Shown here in pieces: positions 36,916 to 50,800 of a stretch of 64,000 nucleotides of DNA; within the stretch, counting starts at the first letter, position 1; each line of letters opens with the position of its first letter. This DNA is from Bilabrum cf. latius. Lineage: Eukaryota. Both the position numbers and the translations under genes were made by a program. The DNA is taken from contig OZ237776.1 of the NCBI GenBank assembly GCA_965178125.1, positions 248,001 to 312,000 on the forward strand. Reading direction: 5' to 3'. The notes under the pieces are model-generated. The model searched no databases. It saw only the letters and a list, made by a program, of their open reading frames with translations, and had not been told where the DNA came from.

Positions 36916-37916
36916 TCATGCCTCCCCCTCCCACTCCAGCTTGAACCGATCCACGAATGCCTGCATGACGCCGTGCCGCCCCTCGGCGATCTTGCGCCCA
37001 GGCCCAGTTTTCATGAGTCCCTTCAGCAGAAGCAGCTTCTCATAGAAGTGGTTCAGAGTGGTCCCGTCCCCTCGTTTGCCCTGCGCCTTGTATTCCGCCG
37101 ATGACATGCCCACCTTTGGCTCGGCCGCAGGGTCGTACAGCACCCTGCCCTTGGCTCCCCCGAACGTGAAGCACCGGGCGATGCCGATCGCGCCGATTGC
37201 ATCCAGCCTATCTGCGTCCTGCACCGCGGCCCACACTTTGGTGAGGTGAGCGGGCAGATCTGCAAGCGCCTCGAGGCTGGCAGTGGCAGTGCTGCCTGCC
37301 GGTGCTGGTGCTGCTCCTTTTTCGTCACCTTCGGCTGGATCAACCTTGTCACCCCCTGCTGCGGGTGCGCTACCCACGGCTCGGCGGTCGAGCTCACCCT
37401 TGAAACCAACAAATTCAACTACCGTTGCCACGTCGTTTGCAAGCGATTCACTGCCACCGTCCTGCGAACAATATACATGGGAGTATCTTGAAACAAATTG
37501 CGACTAAACGAATACCAATTGTACCCAGTAAAATGATGTTCTAACACAACATATTGCACTAAACTGCTGGTCCACCGCGAAGGGCCGCGGCTCAAATAAT
37601 CAGCGCCCGGAACAACTCCTTGTCAAGTTCTCACGGCTGCCTTGAGGTATTCTCGAACGGTTTCAGATCCAGACTTGCCCCCATCGGCGTACTTCCAATC
37701 CTTAACGTCGTGAAGCAGCGCACACAAGTCAGCAAGCCGAACCTCGGCTTCATTCATGCCCTCTTCGGCGGCAATTCGTCTGGCAAGTTTGCGCACTCGA
37801 TCGATGTGGCTGTAGTCGTGCGATGCGTCGTTACTTGCAAGTTCATCCTTCACATAGCTCTCGGCTTTATTGATTAAAGCATCAGGAATGTCGCTTGTAG
37901 CAAGGACAGCCGCCAT
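36916..37916 (-). CDS. HD-domain metal-dependent phosphohydrolase (YedJ-like)
   Basis: DASHDYSHIDRV, ALLHDVKDWKY, VQDADRLDAIGAIGIARCFTFGG, HFYEKLL. Phase-0 intron 37634-37462 (GTGAGA...TCGCAG). Confidence 0.88.
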
Positions 37917-38849
37917 TTTGAATTTGAAGTGGACTTGCGAGTGGTTGCTTTGCAAGCCGGAACAGGCTCGCCGGCGGTAAAGGATTCGGAGCTACGACCG
38001 ACGTCGTGTGCAGGCCCCCCATCGGGCCCCTCGGGCTACTACAGCTACCCAGAGCATTTTAGCATGAGGCGGCTGGCTGTCTTCGTTGTTTGACCCCCCC
38101 CCCCACCCCCCACCCCCAACTCCCAACCCCAAACCCCCACTGGCAAGCTGCCAGCGGTGGTGCCAAGGCGTGGTGCCAAGGCGGTAGTGCCGTATCCGAT
38201 CTTAGCATCATTCGTGTCGATCAGCCATGCCGGGGCTGCAAACTAGTACAATCGAGTCTGCTGGTGGCCCCCGTGTTCTGTTGGGTCCTCTGGAGTCGGG
38301 GCAGGAACCAGCGGCCCGGGGTATGCGATCTAGACAGGCAGTTATCTCTGGGACAGGTCATTGAATCAGTCAGTCATGAGTTCTAACCAAAGCTCGCAGC
38401 ATCCGGCAACGCGCGCACAGGCCGCCGACCCATGACGGTGCCTACGGCCATCAGAGGGGGCACCGGTCTCTCGTCCGAATGCAAGGCGGTTCATCCACCG
38501 AGTTGTCTGACTGCAGCGCAGACTGCGCATCGATACCATCGTAGTGGTTCCAACTCGTAGCAGCCCATCGATTTGCCCTCGATATGCCGGACAACGGGTA
38601 TTGTCCGGATGCACGCTTTGAAAGAAGAAGATCCATTGGCACGAAGTTGTGTGGTGTGCCATTCTTGCGGGTCGCAGGGCCGAACAATAGACAATACACC
38701 CTGAGCTATAGTTTTATTCGTATCAAACATAACAATTGTATCGACGAAACCTTGTTGTATCGCCCATAGTAAAAGGGAACCTTGCGAAACGGCCGTCGTT
38801 CCTTCGGCACGAGTACATAGGCCTGATAGTACGCTGAGTTCCTCATAAC

Positions 38850-41800
38850 ATGGCGCACCAGGTATGGGCTCTACAAGTATTAATTGCCGTTATTATACCT
38901 TTGCAAAAAGCAAGTTCGATTGGTGTGCGATGCAGGCTGCTGTACTCACTGGATGGGAGAGAGATCGAAGGAATGCCATCCTACAAGGACTGGCCGAACA
39001 ACTTTGCAGTGATTCGACCTCCATGGGAAGGAATTGGTGGGTTTGCGTAGCTAAGCGATAATATGGGACGAGATGACTTCGTTCTCGTGAGTTCATACGC
39101 TCCACAGGCAATGGTGTCTGGGGCAACCTGCCTGGCGATGAGTAGGGTTCAGGCGCCATTGCGGCTGAATAAGACCAGGATACTAGGCCATAGTTTGGAT
39201 TCAGATGAGCTGAGCACAGACCGCGATGTGCGACCTTGGATAACGACGGAAGCCTGGCTAGGTCATTGCAACCCAGTGGCAAGTCCATTGTAGTACCAAC
39301 ATGAATTAACGCTGCGAGGCTGGACGCCTCTCACCACCTTATTGGCGAATCCAGATGATAAATTATATGGAAATCACATGGCGACTCCCTCGGCATCCAT
39401 GGAACCGCACGAAATCGCCATGTTTGCGACCCCTGGCGACGTGGGCGCCCCGGGCGGCTCCAGCCTCCCAGCCACATCGGACGACCTGCTCCTATTCAGC
39501 GGGATCAACGGAAACGCAACCCTCCTTGAGCTGGGTCAGGGCCCGAGGATGGCGGAAGCCGAGACGAGCTCGAGCAGTAGGGGCGACGGCACCCGCACCA
39601 TGGGCATTGCTACCGGGGTGCATCGCATTGCAAGGGAGGAGAACACCACGGGAGAGGGTCTGGTGGGAACCGTGTGCGCGGTGGCTGGAATAGGAGACGT
39701 GACGATGGACGGCAGCCCCGATTTACTGGCGGTGACCCATCAGACGGGGCCTCAGAGCATGGCGGGGGGCGGAGACAGCCTGGCCAAGTTCCACATGGTG
39801 GTGCTGCACCGGCCTCACTCGGGGCAGGCAAGGGCCATGCGAATATTGTCTGCCTCGCCGGGAGGCCAGTCCAACTATACCCAGTTCGTGGGAGGTCTTG
39901 CCATGCTTGGGCCTGGCTATGCGAGCAAAGAGGCGTCTCACGGTTCAATCGATGGGTCGGGTCAGGCACCCCCACTGGGTTTGCCAGGGGGGCTGGAGGC
40001 CCTGGTGCAGTGCACGGTGGTGGTATACGGGTGCACGACGTGTGATGAAACTCGCGGTGCCATTTATTTCTTCTGGATCGAGCACTCTGCCATTCGGCCG
40101 AGGGTTGCTGCAGTAGCTCAGCTCGCGCCCGGCCCCTTGGTCCCTGGGGCGGGGCTGCAGGTGCCTGAGTACGAGGGCTTGGGGAGGTCACTCGTGGCAG
40201 ATGACATCGATGGGGATGGAATCAGGGACGTGGTTGCCAGCACTATGAAGAACAGGCTGCTGATCCTCTTGTTGGCCGCTGGAGGCAGACTGTCCTCCGG
40301 ATGGGAGGCGGGGGCGGTGCTCAAAGACACGGTCTGGGTGGATGGACTGCCCCCGGTACCGTTCGGGTGCCGCATGGGCAATGCAATGCACCTGCTGCCT
40401 CCTCTGCACCTGTATCCTGCAGGCAGCAGGCTGGCTCTGGCGCGCCCGTGCAACCAGTCCAGCGAGCACACCGGTACCATCCAAGTGGCCGTGCTGCAAC
40501 CGGAGCTGGACGTGGCCAATACAACCGCAATGGAAGGCGAGGATGGAATCATGCATCGTGGTTCGAGAATAGTAGGCTGGGAGCAGAGCCAGCTGGCAAG
40601 CCTATCTGTCAATTTGATGTCGGACCCAGCAAAGAGGCACCTGCAGAGGGCCGTGTATTTCGGCTCCGAACTGCCCGCGCTATTCGGACGCAACGTGACG
40701 AGAGCGAACTACAGCGCCGTAGATCAGGTGGGCGTTGGGAATCACGGGCAGAGGCAGTACCCCCGGCCTGGGCTTGCCAGCTTGTCCGCAGTGACCGTAC
40801 TCCGTCGCGACAGCGACTCCCCTGTGCTGGGAGTCAGGGAAGCGAGCCCGAACCGAGGCCTGGGGCGATCCAAGGAAATGATCCCGGTGGGGTCCTCCTG
40901 GCGAGACATGCGGGCAGACAAGCCCCCTCTGTGCTGCGTGAGCTCTCAGCCGGAGGGCATGCAGCCGTCGTGGACCATGGAGCAGGTGGGCCTGCTGCTC
41001 AAAGCACCCTGCCGCAGGGACAGGCCAAGACTGTCAGTGCCACCTGTCGTGGAGCTGTGCGTCGTGCCGACTACGTTGATCGCCGCGCACTCGGGGCAGG
41101 CTGTGCTGGAGAACAATCTGACACGGTTGGATGCATCCACTTCGATGGAGCTGGCAGGTGCCTGCTTCGGGCCGGTGGGAGTGGACGGCAATGCCTCGTC
41201 CTACTAGTAGAATCGTTCTGCACCGGCAAGCTGGCTGTACGGTGTCGTGCAGCAGCCCTGGGTGCCTGCTCGCACCGGTGCATGGGCAGTAGGCATGCAT
41301 TCATCCTTGACGGACCTCACTAGCAGCATTGCACCCCTTGCTTCTGTTCGCCATCCTGGCCAGGGGGTGGATACGCACGAGCAGAACCGTCGGTGGCTGC
41401 CAGAAGTCGGATCGTCTCTACTGAATGCAGCGATCAACTCAAGCACGTGTCCCTCGAATGGTACCTGCAGCACCGCGGGTCCTTCCATGACGCCTATTGC
41501 TGCCATGCTCCCGCCTTTGCCTGCCGGCCTGCTGTCCGTGCGAGTGTCCTATGCCACTACCACAGGGGGTGATTCGGGGCAAGCTGGCGCTGACTGGGCT
41601 ATGGTGGAGTGCAAAGGGTGCTTCTGGGTCGGTTCCACGCAGATGGAGCCGGCCAGGCTGATCGCTGCGTCGGGCCCTGGGGCTGGATCGTAGAGGGGCG
41701 CCGATTTCACCGGGATTCGGACGGGCGAGCACGACGATGCCTCTAGGCCTTTCAATGGTTTTGGATCGGCCGCGCGTTGGTTCGACGTGGACGGTGACGG

Positions 41801-44800
41801 GCAGCTGGACGCAATAGTTGCCTAGAGGGGTGAGCAGCGGCTTATCAATACCATTGAGAGGGAATTCGAAGGTGTCATTTACGTTCTATTCCTGGACTGG
41901 AGGAATAGGAGGCAAGGAGAGACGGTCGCAGAGTGGAGGGATCGCGGGCCCATGCTCAGGCAGGACGTGTATGGCTATGGAGGCGGTCTAGGCTACGCAG
42001 CCTATCGCATGCGCCGAATGGTCGTCGCTGAACTGGGCCTGCCGTCGGAGGGAGAAGCACTTGAGGAGCTGGTCGAGGTGGGTGGATCCATCGACATATC
42101 CAAGAATTGCGTATCAAACGGGACTTTGAACGAGTCAGCGCTCTGGTTCACTGTCGGTGCAGTGCTGGCGAATACATTCAAAGGCGGATTCTGGAGATTT
42201 GCGATAAATCCCGGTGCAACCATGCCACCTGCGGGCAAGCTGCCTATTGTGGGAGCTCCCGTGCCGGGCACCATGCGGTACTATCACTCCGACCGTGCGA
42301 CCATCTCGTCCCAGCTGCAGGGCATCTCGGTGTCTCTCGGCTTGCAATACGACTTGAACGCGTACGTTGGACACAGCGTAGCGGCAATGGATCTCAGTGG
42401 GAGCGGCTGCCGAAGCGCTGTGCTTGTGGGTGCATACGGCTATGTAGGGGAAGAGGGTGCGATCATTGCTACTAAGTATTCAGACGACGGGATGCACTTG
42501 CTAGATCGTGCTCTCATATCCAGAGACACGCCAGATGCTTTCGCGGATGATGGTGCCATGCAGGCCCTAGTCACCCAGTCGTACAACTGGGGCATGTCCG
42601 TGGCGTCTTTGGGCGATCTTGACGAGGACGGGCAGCAAGACCTGCTTGTCGGCGCCTTCAAGACATTGCACTACGTGCCGTGGATGAATGCGCCGGGCGA
42701 GCTGGCAAGGGACGGCGGGCTGTTTCTTGCCTCGATCAGCCGTAAGCTGCAAATCACAAGGCTTGCCAGGATCGGATCATTCGTAGGTGGACCGAACGGG
42801 CTGTTCCCGCATGGCATTCTCCCGTATCGCACAGGCATTGTTGCAACGTCTATCTCTGCGGCAGATTTGGACGGCGACGGGCTGATGGAAGTGGCAGTTG
42901 GAATCGAAAGCTACGAGGTACCTTTCGATGCCACGCAGAGACAGGACCACTACGAAGATTAGCACGATTCGAGCTCCAGGCTAGCGCATGGTGGTGTCGT
43001 TTTGTTTTCGCTGGGTCTGTCTCCTCAGATAAATGAATCGAGCCCAGCCACAGCTTCGATCAGACGTAGGCTGGGAGGATTCGGTGGCACCCTCGACAGG
43101 GCACTCCTCGTTCCTGGCTCTCTGCGACTGATTCACGTCCCGATGGACTACCTCGGTAGCTAGAGCAGGGCAGGCCGTGGAGCGGCCATTGTGGCCGGGC
43201 CATTCACGGACCCGTCAATCCCAAAAGAACCCATGCTGATGCTTGGAGTGCCGGGAGTGGGACCGGGTATACGTCGAGTAGGCACCGGTCTGCTGTACAG
43301 CTTGCCTATGCCCGCTCAGCTGCCATCCGGTGTTGTGTTTGACGCTAGCATCGGGCGGTACCGGCTAGGCAACGCCACAAAGGCCGACAACCCATCAGTG
43401 CATGGCCCAGAGGCCAAGGTGGCCGATGATGCGGTGTTTGGGTTTGGGAGACCCCTTGCTGGTGTGCAAGCGATGGCGGGCGTGCATCCCAGCCGACCAA
43501 CAGCTCATGATTTTGATATTCCTGCGGAAGTCCGGATCATATCAACCATAGGAGCGGTGCCCCGGCCTGACCTGGTCCAGCTGATTGCCGCCGGGGCCGG
43601 TGCCCCGCATCGAAACGGGACCCAATTCAGGCTTCGAAGAGCAACAGCTATGTTTGCGAGACCACGGGGGATCGGGCGGGCGTCCAAACTTGCTGCGTCC
43701 ATCACCGGCAATGACTCGTGTGACGGGGGCGCGTGGGAGGAGCTGCAGTCGCACGCTGAGTTTGGAGCCGACACTCGCCAGCTAGATGCAGCTGCGCTCT
43801 CCAACGGCACAATCCTCGTAACCGATGGAGATAAGTCCGTCCCGCCTGTGTACGATAGTGACATGCTAAGAAGCGACGATTTTGGCGCCAGCTTCTACGT
43901 GTTTAGGCCGGCAGGTACAACACAGGACAGGGCGAGGCAGATCGTCGCTGTGCCTCTCTCGAAGCCCAAGGGACCCACTTCATCCGTCGATTCGTTTGCA
44001 GGCACGGAACAGCAGGCTGGTTCGCAGCAGATCGTAGTCATGGGGCATTCTTCCGAGAATACCTTCCACACAAGCGTTGGCTCCATTCGTGGCATGATCG
44101 CATTCGTGGGGACGCTCGAGGTTCCCAAGCTGCAGCACCATGCCGCAGCCGCGCTGCGGTCCGCTTAGTTCAGCGAAGTGGTCATCATCACGGGTGGAAC
44201 CGATGGTGCTGCGCCTCAAAGCACTACGTACGCCTAGTTTGGAGGATCCTGGGGATTGTCCGGATTACCACCTCTGCCTGGCACATGTTGGGAGCACGCT
44301 ATCGCTGTGGACTCCGATGGTATCGTTGTTGCGGTCGGGTGCGACAGCAGGCACTAGTCAGGCAGCAGTGCGGCACTGGAAACACTTCGAAGTAACGGCA
44401 GCTGGACCATCACGGGAACCACGACCTAGGCCCACCACCGCGGCTACTGGCCGCCGAGGAGGGGCGGGGAGATGGTGGCACTACCCGATGGGAGCCTTGT
44501 GCTTTGCGGAGGAAAAGACGCCACACTTGGTGCCAGCAATATCAATTCAGGTGACGGGATATCCAACACTGCCGTGTTTGCGGACTGCTGGCGTTCGTGG
44601 GACCGGGGTGTCCACTGGGAGCAGCAGCTAGCCCCTGACGGATCCACGGATGTGGGGGTGGGGCCAAGGACAGATTTCGGCATGGTGCATGTGGGTGGTG
44701 GCCGCGTGGTCGCAGTGGGTGGCACAAGTACCGTGACGGCAAGTGGCTGGCTTGGGGTGACTGCAGCTACTTTCTGTCTCTAGCGGCAGCCTGAATCTCA

Positions 44801-47800
44801 CGCGCTACCAGAGGGGCGTGTCATAGCGCCAGACTAGGACCGTCTGCCGATCTTGTGCCCTCGGGGTGGTCAAAGAGGCACTGCTTCCTGCCTGATGCCG
44901 GTGCTGTACCCCGATCTTGAGAACCAAAGGATCCTCATCGAGGTCGCCAGCACTGACCGAAGGTTTGTGACGGACCATGCCATCACAGTTGATAGAATGC
45001 GAGCCACGATCGAGCTGCCATTGTCTAACAGCTCAACCAACGCTACGGAACACGTCACGCTGCGTGAAGCCACCGCGGCGGATGGTGGGCTTTTCGGAGT
45101 GCACGGACTCCACGGGGGGCACCCCCTGCACCTCTTCAAGGCCAGCAGCGAGTCACCAGCAAAAGCAGCGCTGCATGCGTGCTTGAACCAGCTCAACGGA
45201 TCTTATCCGGCTCCGAATGGCACTGCATTCTAGGCACCACCGGCAGCCCCATTCCGAATCGTAATGTCTGCCAACGCCTCTCTCCACGGTGCTCGAGGAA
45301 GGCTGCTGGCTGCCGGGAGGCAGGCAGCAAGCATAGAGCTGGGCTCCACGCGCCCAGGGAGAACAGTTGCCAGGTGCACAGCGTGTTTGGGGCGGGGCGA
45401 GATGCTGCTTCCCAAGGTGGCGTTCGTGGCGGAGGCCGGCACGGCAACTCCGATCTCTGTGTCAGAGGCGTCGTCGCTTGACGTTGAGGGCACAGTGCAG
45501 CGAGGTCTGCAGGTCATCGTCCGCGGCGAGTTGCCAGTGATGTCGCTGCTGGAACATGGCGCCGTGGCGTTCGTGCAGCTTGGCGAATCGCCCTCGTCAC
45601 GCAGCTGGGGCGCGATTCGGCGGTTGGACGGGCACCCTGTCGACTCAGCGGACCTGAGAGAATTGATTGAAGCCAGCGAAACCAGCTCTTTTACCGCGCA
45701 CACCCAGGTCGACTTGATGGTGGATACCGCGGTCCCGAGCTATCTGAGGTATCAGCTCGTGGCTGATTTTCCAATGGTCCACATGCCTGTAGGTGGGGAC
45801 ATTCACGCCGCCGTGTGCACCGTCTGGCCTCAAGATCTACCGGCCGAGATGCAGACCCTGATACCGGCATCCAACCGGACTCACGGATAGACTCGAGCGA
45901 TTCCTCCCGGTGCATTCTCCCGATGGCCAGACACGTTGTTGGGTCGCGTTCCCAGGTCACTTGACGACCTGTAGCACTGGGCAAATGAAAGAGATGAGGC
46001 CGCTTGCTCCTTGGTTCGGGCATACTATGGCTCGGGACAGCGGCATTCGGTCGCGAGCGCAGCAGCGCCCAAAGTGGAGCTGCTAGGCCCCTTGGCGGTG
46101 GTGTCAAACTCCACGGTGAGCCAGCGACCGTGGGTCATGCTGCGAGTGCCGAGTGCCCTGGCATTTAGCGCAGCGGGATCAACAAATCCAGACGGAACGT
46201 TCCTCTCTCTTGCCGGTACTGTCCCGAGGGTGCAGTTCCTTTTAGAGCTGGCTAATTAGACTCAAGTTCCAGTATATAGCGGGTCCGTTGGTTGGGTCGA
46301 GTCCAGGACAGCGGCCGGCTGGCTGAGAGAGGCCGGTACCTCGCAGGCATCGATCAATCGCACCCTTGACACGGATGATAGCGTGCTGCGAATCGGGCAC
46401 AAACTGCCGAGGGCGATGATCGCACGAGCCACAATTGCCAATGCGCCTACGGGACTGGATGGCAAGCTAAGGCTGTTTGCATCCACCTTCGATGGGGGAA
46501 GAATCCGCTCAGAGAATTCCGTGAGCGCGCCGGATGCGCCAGCTGTGCTCTGGTGGTCTCGCCGTCCTGAGGCCGAGATTGGAGCCAACACAACGGCGTG
46601 GCCAGGCGGGTGCATCGCGCTTGGCCCAGGCGCCTGCCCGCAAGACGTATTTGCGGGCGGCAACTCAAGCAGTGGTATCATGCTGATGCCGATACAAGTC
46701 GTCACAACGCGAACCACGCCGCTAAACCCGCCGGTAAACAGATTGAGCGGGCCTATCCTCCGGCCATTCGCACGTCTGCCTGGAAACGTATCGGCTGAGC
46801 TGCTAAACCAGACAGTGGTTCCCGTGTCTGATCGAACGACAGACCAGGCCATGGACGTTTCTTTCACCCTTCAAACTGAAGCTGCCTACTTGCACGCTCT
46901 GTTCCAGCCGTTGGTGCGCAATTTAACCGGGCCAATCTCCGTCTCTACTCAGGAGGTGCAGTCTCTGCAGGGTCAGGGGCTGCACTGTTTGGGTTCGAGA
47001 GAGTACCTACCAATGGAGGTCAGTACGCTATCCCCGCCGGCTGTCGTGCGTGTGCAGGCGCCGGTGCACGTGCCATACAGGTTGCTGAATCGAAGCATCG
47101 ATGGAGTCGCAATGCAGCTGGTAGATGGCACGGGCGGTCCTGGGCCGATCGATTCGATGGATGGGGTCTTCAACCTCAACAATTACACCAACACGCGTTT
47201 GGTGGGACTGACGCTCTTCGGGCAGCAGATATCCTCACATGTCGCTCAGCAGGACATGCAACTGAGGGTGGGTAACGAGCTGTTATTGATTGCTCCGCTA
47301 TTTCGCAATCAAAGGCTCGATCTTATAGCGTCTAACGTTACTGTCAAGGTACGCGTATTCAAGCTGTACAGGGTCTTGAACGAGCTGCAAGCCGCAGCGG
47401 AAGCATCAATTGCCGCCCTGTTGGCAGGAAATGAAACCTTCGAGATGTTTCTCCCCCTTCGAGCGCACGCGATGCAGTGCGGTGGCCCATCATTTATGGA
47501 CCGAGGTTTTAGCAGTGCTGCCACTGCCGGCAAACAGCTAGAAGCAGTACATCCTTCTGTTGGTTTTCATGTTAGGCTCAGTCCTAACCAGACCATCTCT
47601 AGTTCGTTCGAGCCAAAGTACAGCACGCGAAACGTAGAGGACTGGAGGCTGGTTCAGTCAACTGCAGAGCTGCGCGTGCTCAACACTTCTGCCACAGACG
47701 TGCGCTAGCCTCTTAGCATGGTGTTCAATGCAGCAATTTAGTACCCAACTGTGAACGGCATCATGCAGTCCATATTCAGAGAGCAGATCGATGGGTACCT

Positions 47801-50800
47801 GCCCTATCAGAGTATTCCAGAGGGCCAGCGGGTTGACTTCGTGATCGAAGGCCAGGGCCTTTCGCACTACGTTGATGGCAGTGATCTTCTGGTTTTGCTC
47901 GAAGGGTTCGTGTGCGAAGTCAACAGGGGGGGGCATGATCTCGTCACAGCATCACTGCAGGCAGGTGTCTTCCAGAGAATGCTGCAGTCCAGACTCGGTT
48001 TTGCGGCTCGGAGTCACCCCCGTGATGCCGTGGCTCCGTCTGTGTAGCTCACTTTGCGAGTGCATGCCCTTTCTCACACGAATCCGAGGCGTTTCAACGT
48101 GACTGCCTTCCCACCCGTCGATGGCCTGGAATCGATCGAGATGGCTGGGGGTGCGGGGCAACCGGTTGCAGTGCCATTCTCAATGGTGCACTTCGCTATC
48201 GACCCAGCCTTCAGGCTGGTAGATGAATCTTTCGTGTACAGCACTCCCTTAGACGAAGGATCGGAGATCGAGCTGGCAGTGGAGGTACAGCAAGTGCTGC
48301 CGCTTGGGAGGGTGGATGAAATCGTAGCGTTACCGTCGGACAGCTCACTTCTTGCGGGCCTGTTGCAGAGCCAAGCGGCATGGGATCGGATTGATTCTGC
48401 AGCCAAGCCGTCCCCATCTGGTGAGATATCGCCTCTTCAGGCCAACACCACCCTCGGTGGCACAACGACGGAGCAGGCAATCAGGGAGGCAGTAGGATCC
48501 GGGGCCTATCCCATCGTGATGCGGATCGCCGGATAGTCATTGACTGCCCACAGCGGGCGCGATCTGCTTGTGGCTGTTGGCAATTGCTCGTGTGCCGTGT
48601 TGCCTTCCAATTCCACATCGGAAGTCGTCTTCGCTGTGACAACCGCATCGTGCCTGCGGCAGCAGCTGGAATCGAGTGACTTGCTGCAGGCAAAACTCCC
48701 CATTCGTGTCCTTGCGATTCAGGGACACGAGCACTCGTCAGTCGCCCTTTCGTCGGTTTACATGGCTCGGAATTTGTCCTTCGTACGATTCGCCCCTGTG
48801 ATTCCCAATGGCCCAGAGACCCACTTCCTGTTTGTGGCGGCAGACCCCAAACCCTTGCCGCCTCTAGTACCGCACTCCATTATCGATTCTGCTGTAGCCC
48901 ACTTTGTGGAAGGGGTTGGAGGCACACCTCTAGTGCATAGTGAGAGAGTTGCCTCTCTGGATCGGTGGCTAGTGGACTGGCCCTAGGACCCCATGGATCT
49001 TCATGTAGCGGTGGACGTGACTGTCAACATGTCAGACTACGTCGTGGCGTTTCGGGGCATCGCAGCGAACGGCGGGAACGTCGCATCCTTGCTTGTGAAT
49101 GTCACCTTGGGCAGCACACCGTGCGTGTCCCCAGTCGTGGAGGTGATTGATGCCTTGCTGGCAAACGTGACCTGCCGCGCGCCAGTGCGGGCACTGCAGC
49201 GAGACGCCTTGACCCTAGCAGCTGAGCAGAAGCGAAGGCTATGGGCGAGGCCCGATGGCTCGGACAGGCAGGACTGGGCCACGAGACTGCGAGAGATCCG
49301 GGACGGAGGAAGCCCGGGGTTGGTGATGACCGACCGCAGGGTCGCAGCTCGGCTGCCTGTGTCGGTCGCTGTGAGCGCTCGCGGGGGTCGGACGATAGCA
49401 ACCACTGCCAATGCCACCGATTTCGACCAATTATCTTTCGATGCCAATGCAGACGTAGTTGGGCAGGAGCTAATTGTGTGGGCGCCTGCCCCTACTGTGG
49501 ATCTGTTCAACGTGACAGGAATGCACCGAGGTGTCATGAAGGGTGGAGGCTTGCAGGTGTCAGCAAGGTCTATTTTCCCGTCTGCTCCACTTGTTGCAGA
49601 CTTGGAACCATTGCGCACAGACGTTGACTTGATTCATGCTCACATGTCTCTTGAAGAAGCAAAGTATCCAGACAGCTCGATTGGCAGGACTTGGCAAGGT
49701 CAGAGGTTTCTAGAGGTTCCAATCGGCGCCGAATTGCCAATCGCAGTTCTATCAGATGTCGCTAACGTGTCATTTGGGGGAGTTACTGGGTCGTTTCACT
49801 CGGATTATAGACAAGCCATGGATGGGTCTGAATTTTCAGTCAGGCTGGCATCAGCGGTTGACCCAGAACACCCCCTGCTACCTCTGGTGGACGCAGGGAG
49901 ACTCGCAATGGAGGCAGCCAGTGGAAGAGCATCCCAGCAATTGCAGGCAATAGGAGCATGGAATGGGAGGGCTGTGAATATTGTTGCCAAACCACAAGTA
50001 TTTGTTACGTTGCACTCGCTGGAGGACAGGCTGCACCAGCTGAATGCACCCGGTGGTGGAGCCATGGTTGGACAGCAGCGCATAGCGAATGTGTCAGGTA
50101 TACCGTCTGGTCTGACGCTTTACTCACCTACTGAACCAAGTTTTCAGTGCGGGTGGCCTGCAGGATCCGGTCCTGATATATTACAATCGCTGACAAGTCA
50201 GAGTGGCGGCGCGGAGGCCTCCGCCGTTCGATTCGGCAGCGCGGTCGAGTGCAGTGGCGTTGCCCCCCTGCCTCTCGTGTCGGGTAGCATCGATGCATGT
50301 GGCCCGCGAGTGTCTGTATCTCTGCGCGCGTGCTCTGGGGCTATCTTCTCACCTTTTCCTCAGGCTCCGGCCCGGAGCAGCGGGGCGTAGGCTGCTACTG
50401 TGGCGAGCGTGTCTGGCTCGTCAATTGGCCCAGCAGCTGCCACGGCCCTGAGCTGGATGCCGAGGACACTGAACCTGTCGGTGATCCTGAATTCTGCCGA
50501 CTTGTCTAGTCCGCTTGACGTGCTGAATGAGCTGCGGACCGATTTGCAAGTGACATTATCTCCTCCAGCGATGTTGTCCGGTGCGTCTGGTCTGCTTAGA
50601 CAGGTAGAGGCTGGTTCGCCTGTGAACGTGCGTGTCGACGGATGGCAGGGCAGGCTCGGGCAGGTAGAGGCTGCCGGGAAAATGGCCCGAATGCCTGCCG
50701 TCTCGATCGCACAAGTCGCTGTGACATCCTCGACTTCCATTTCTATCGACACGTTTGTACCATCCACAGTGCCTGAGGGGTGGACCGCCGCAGACGATGC

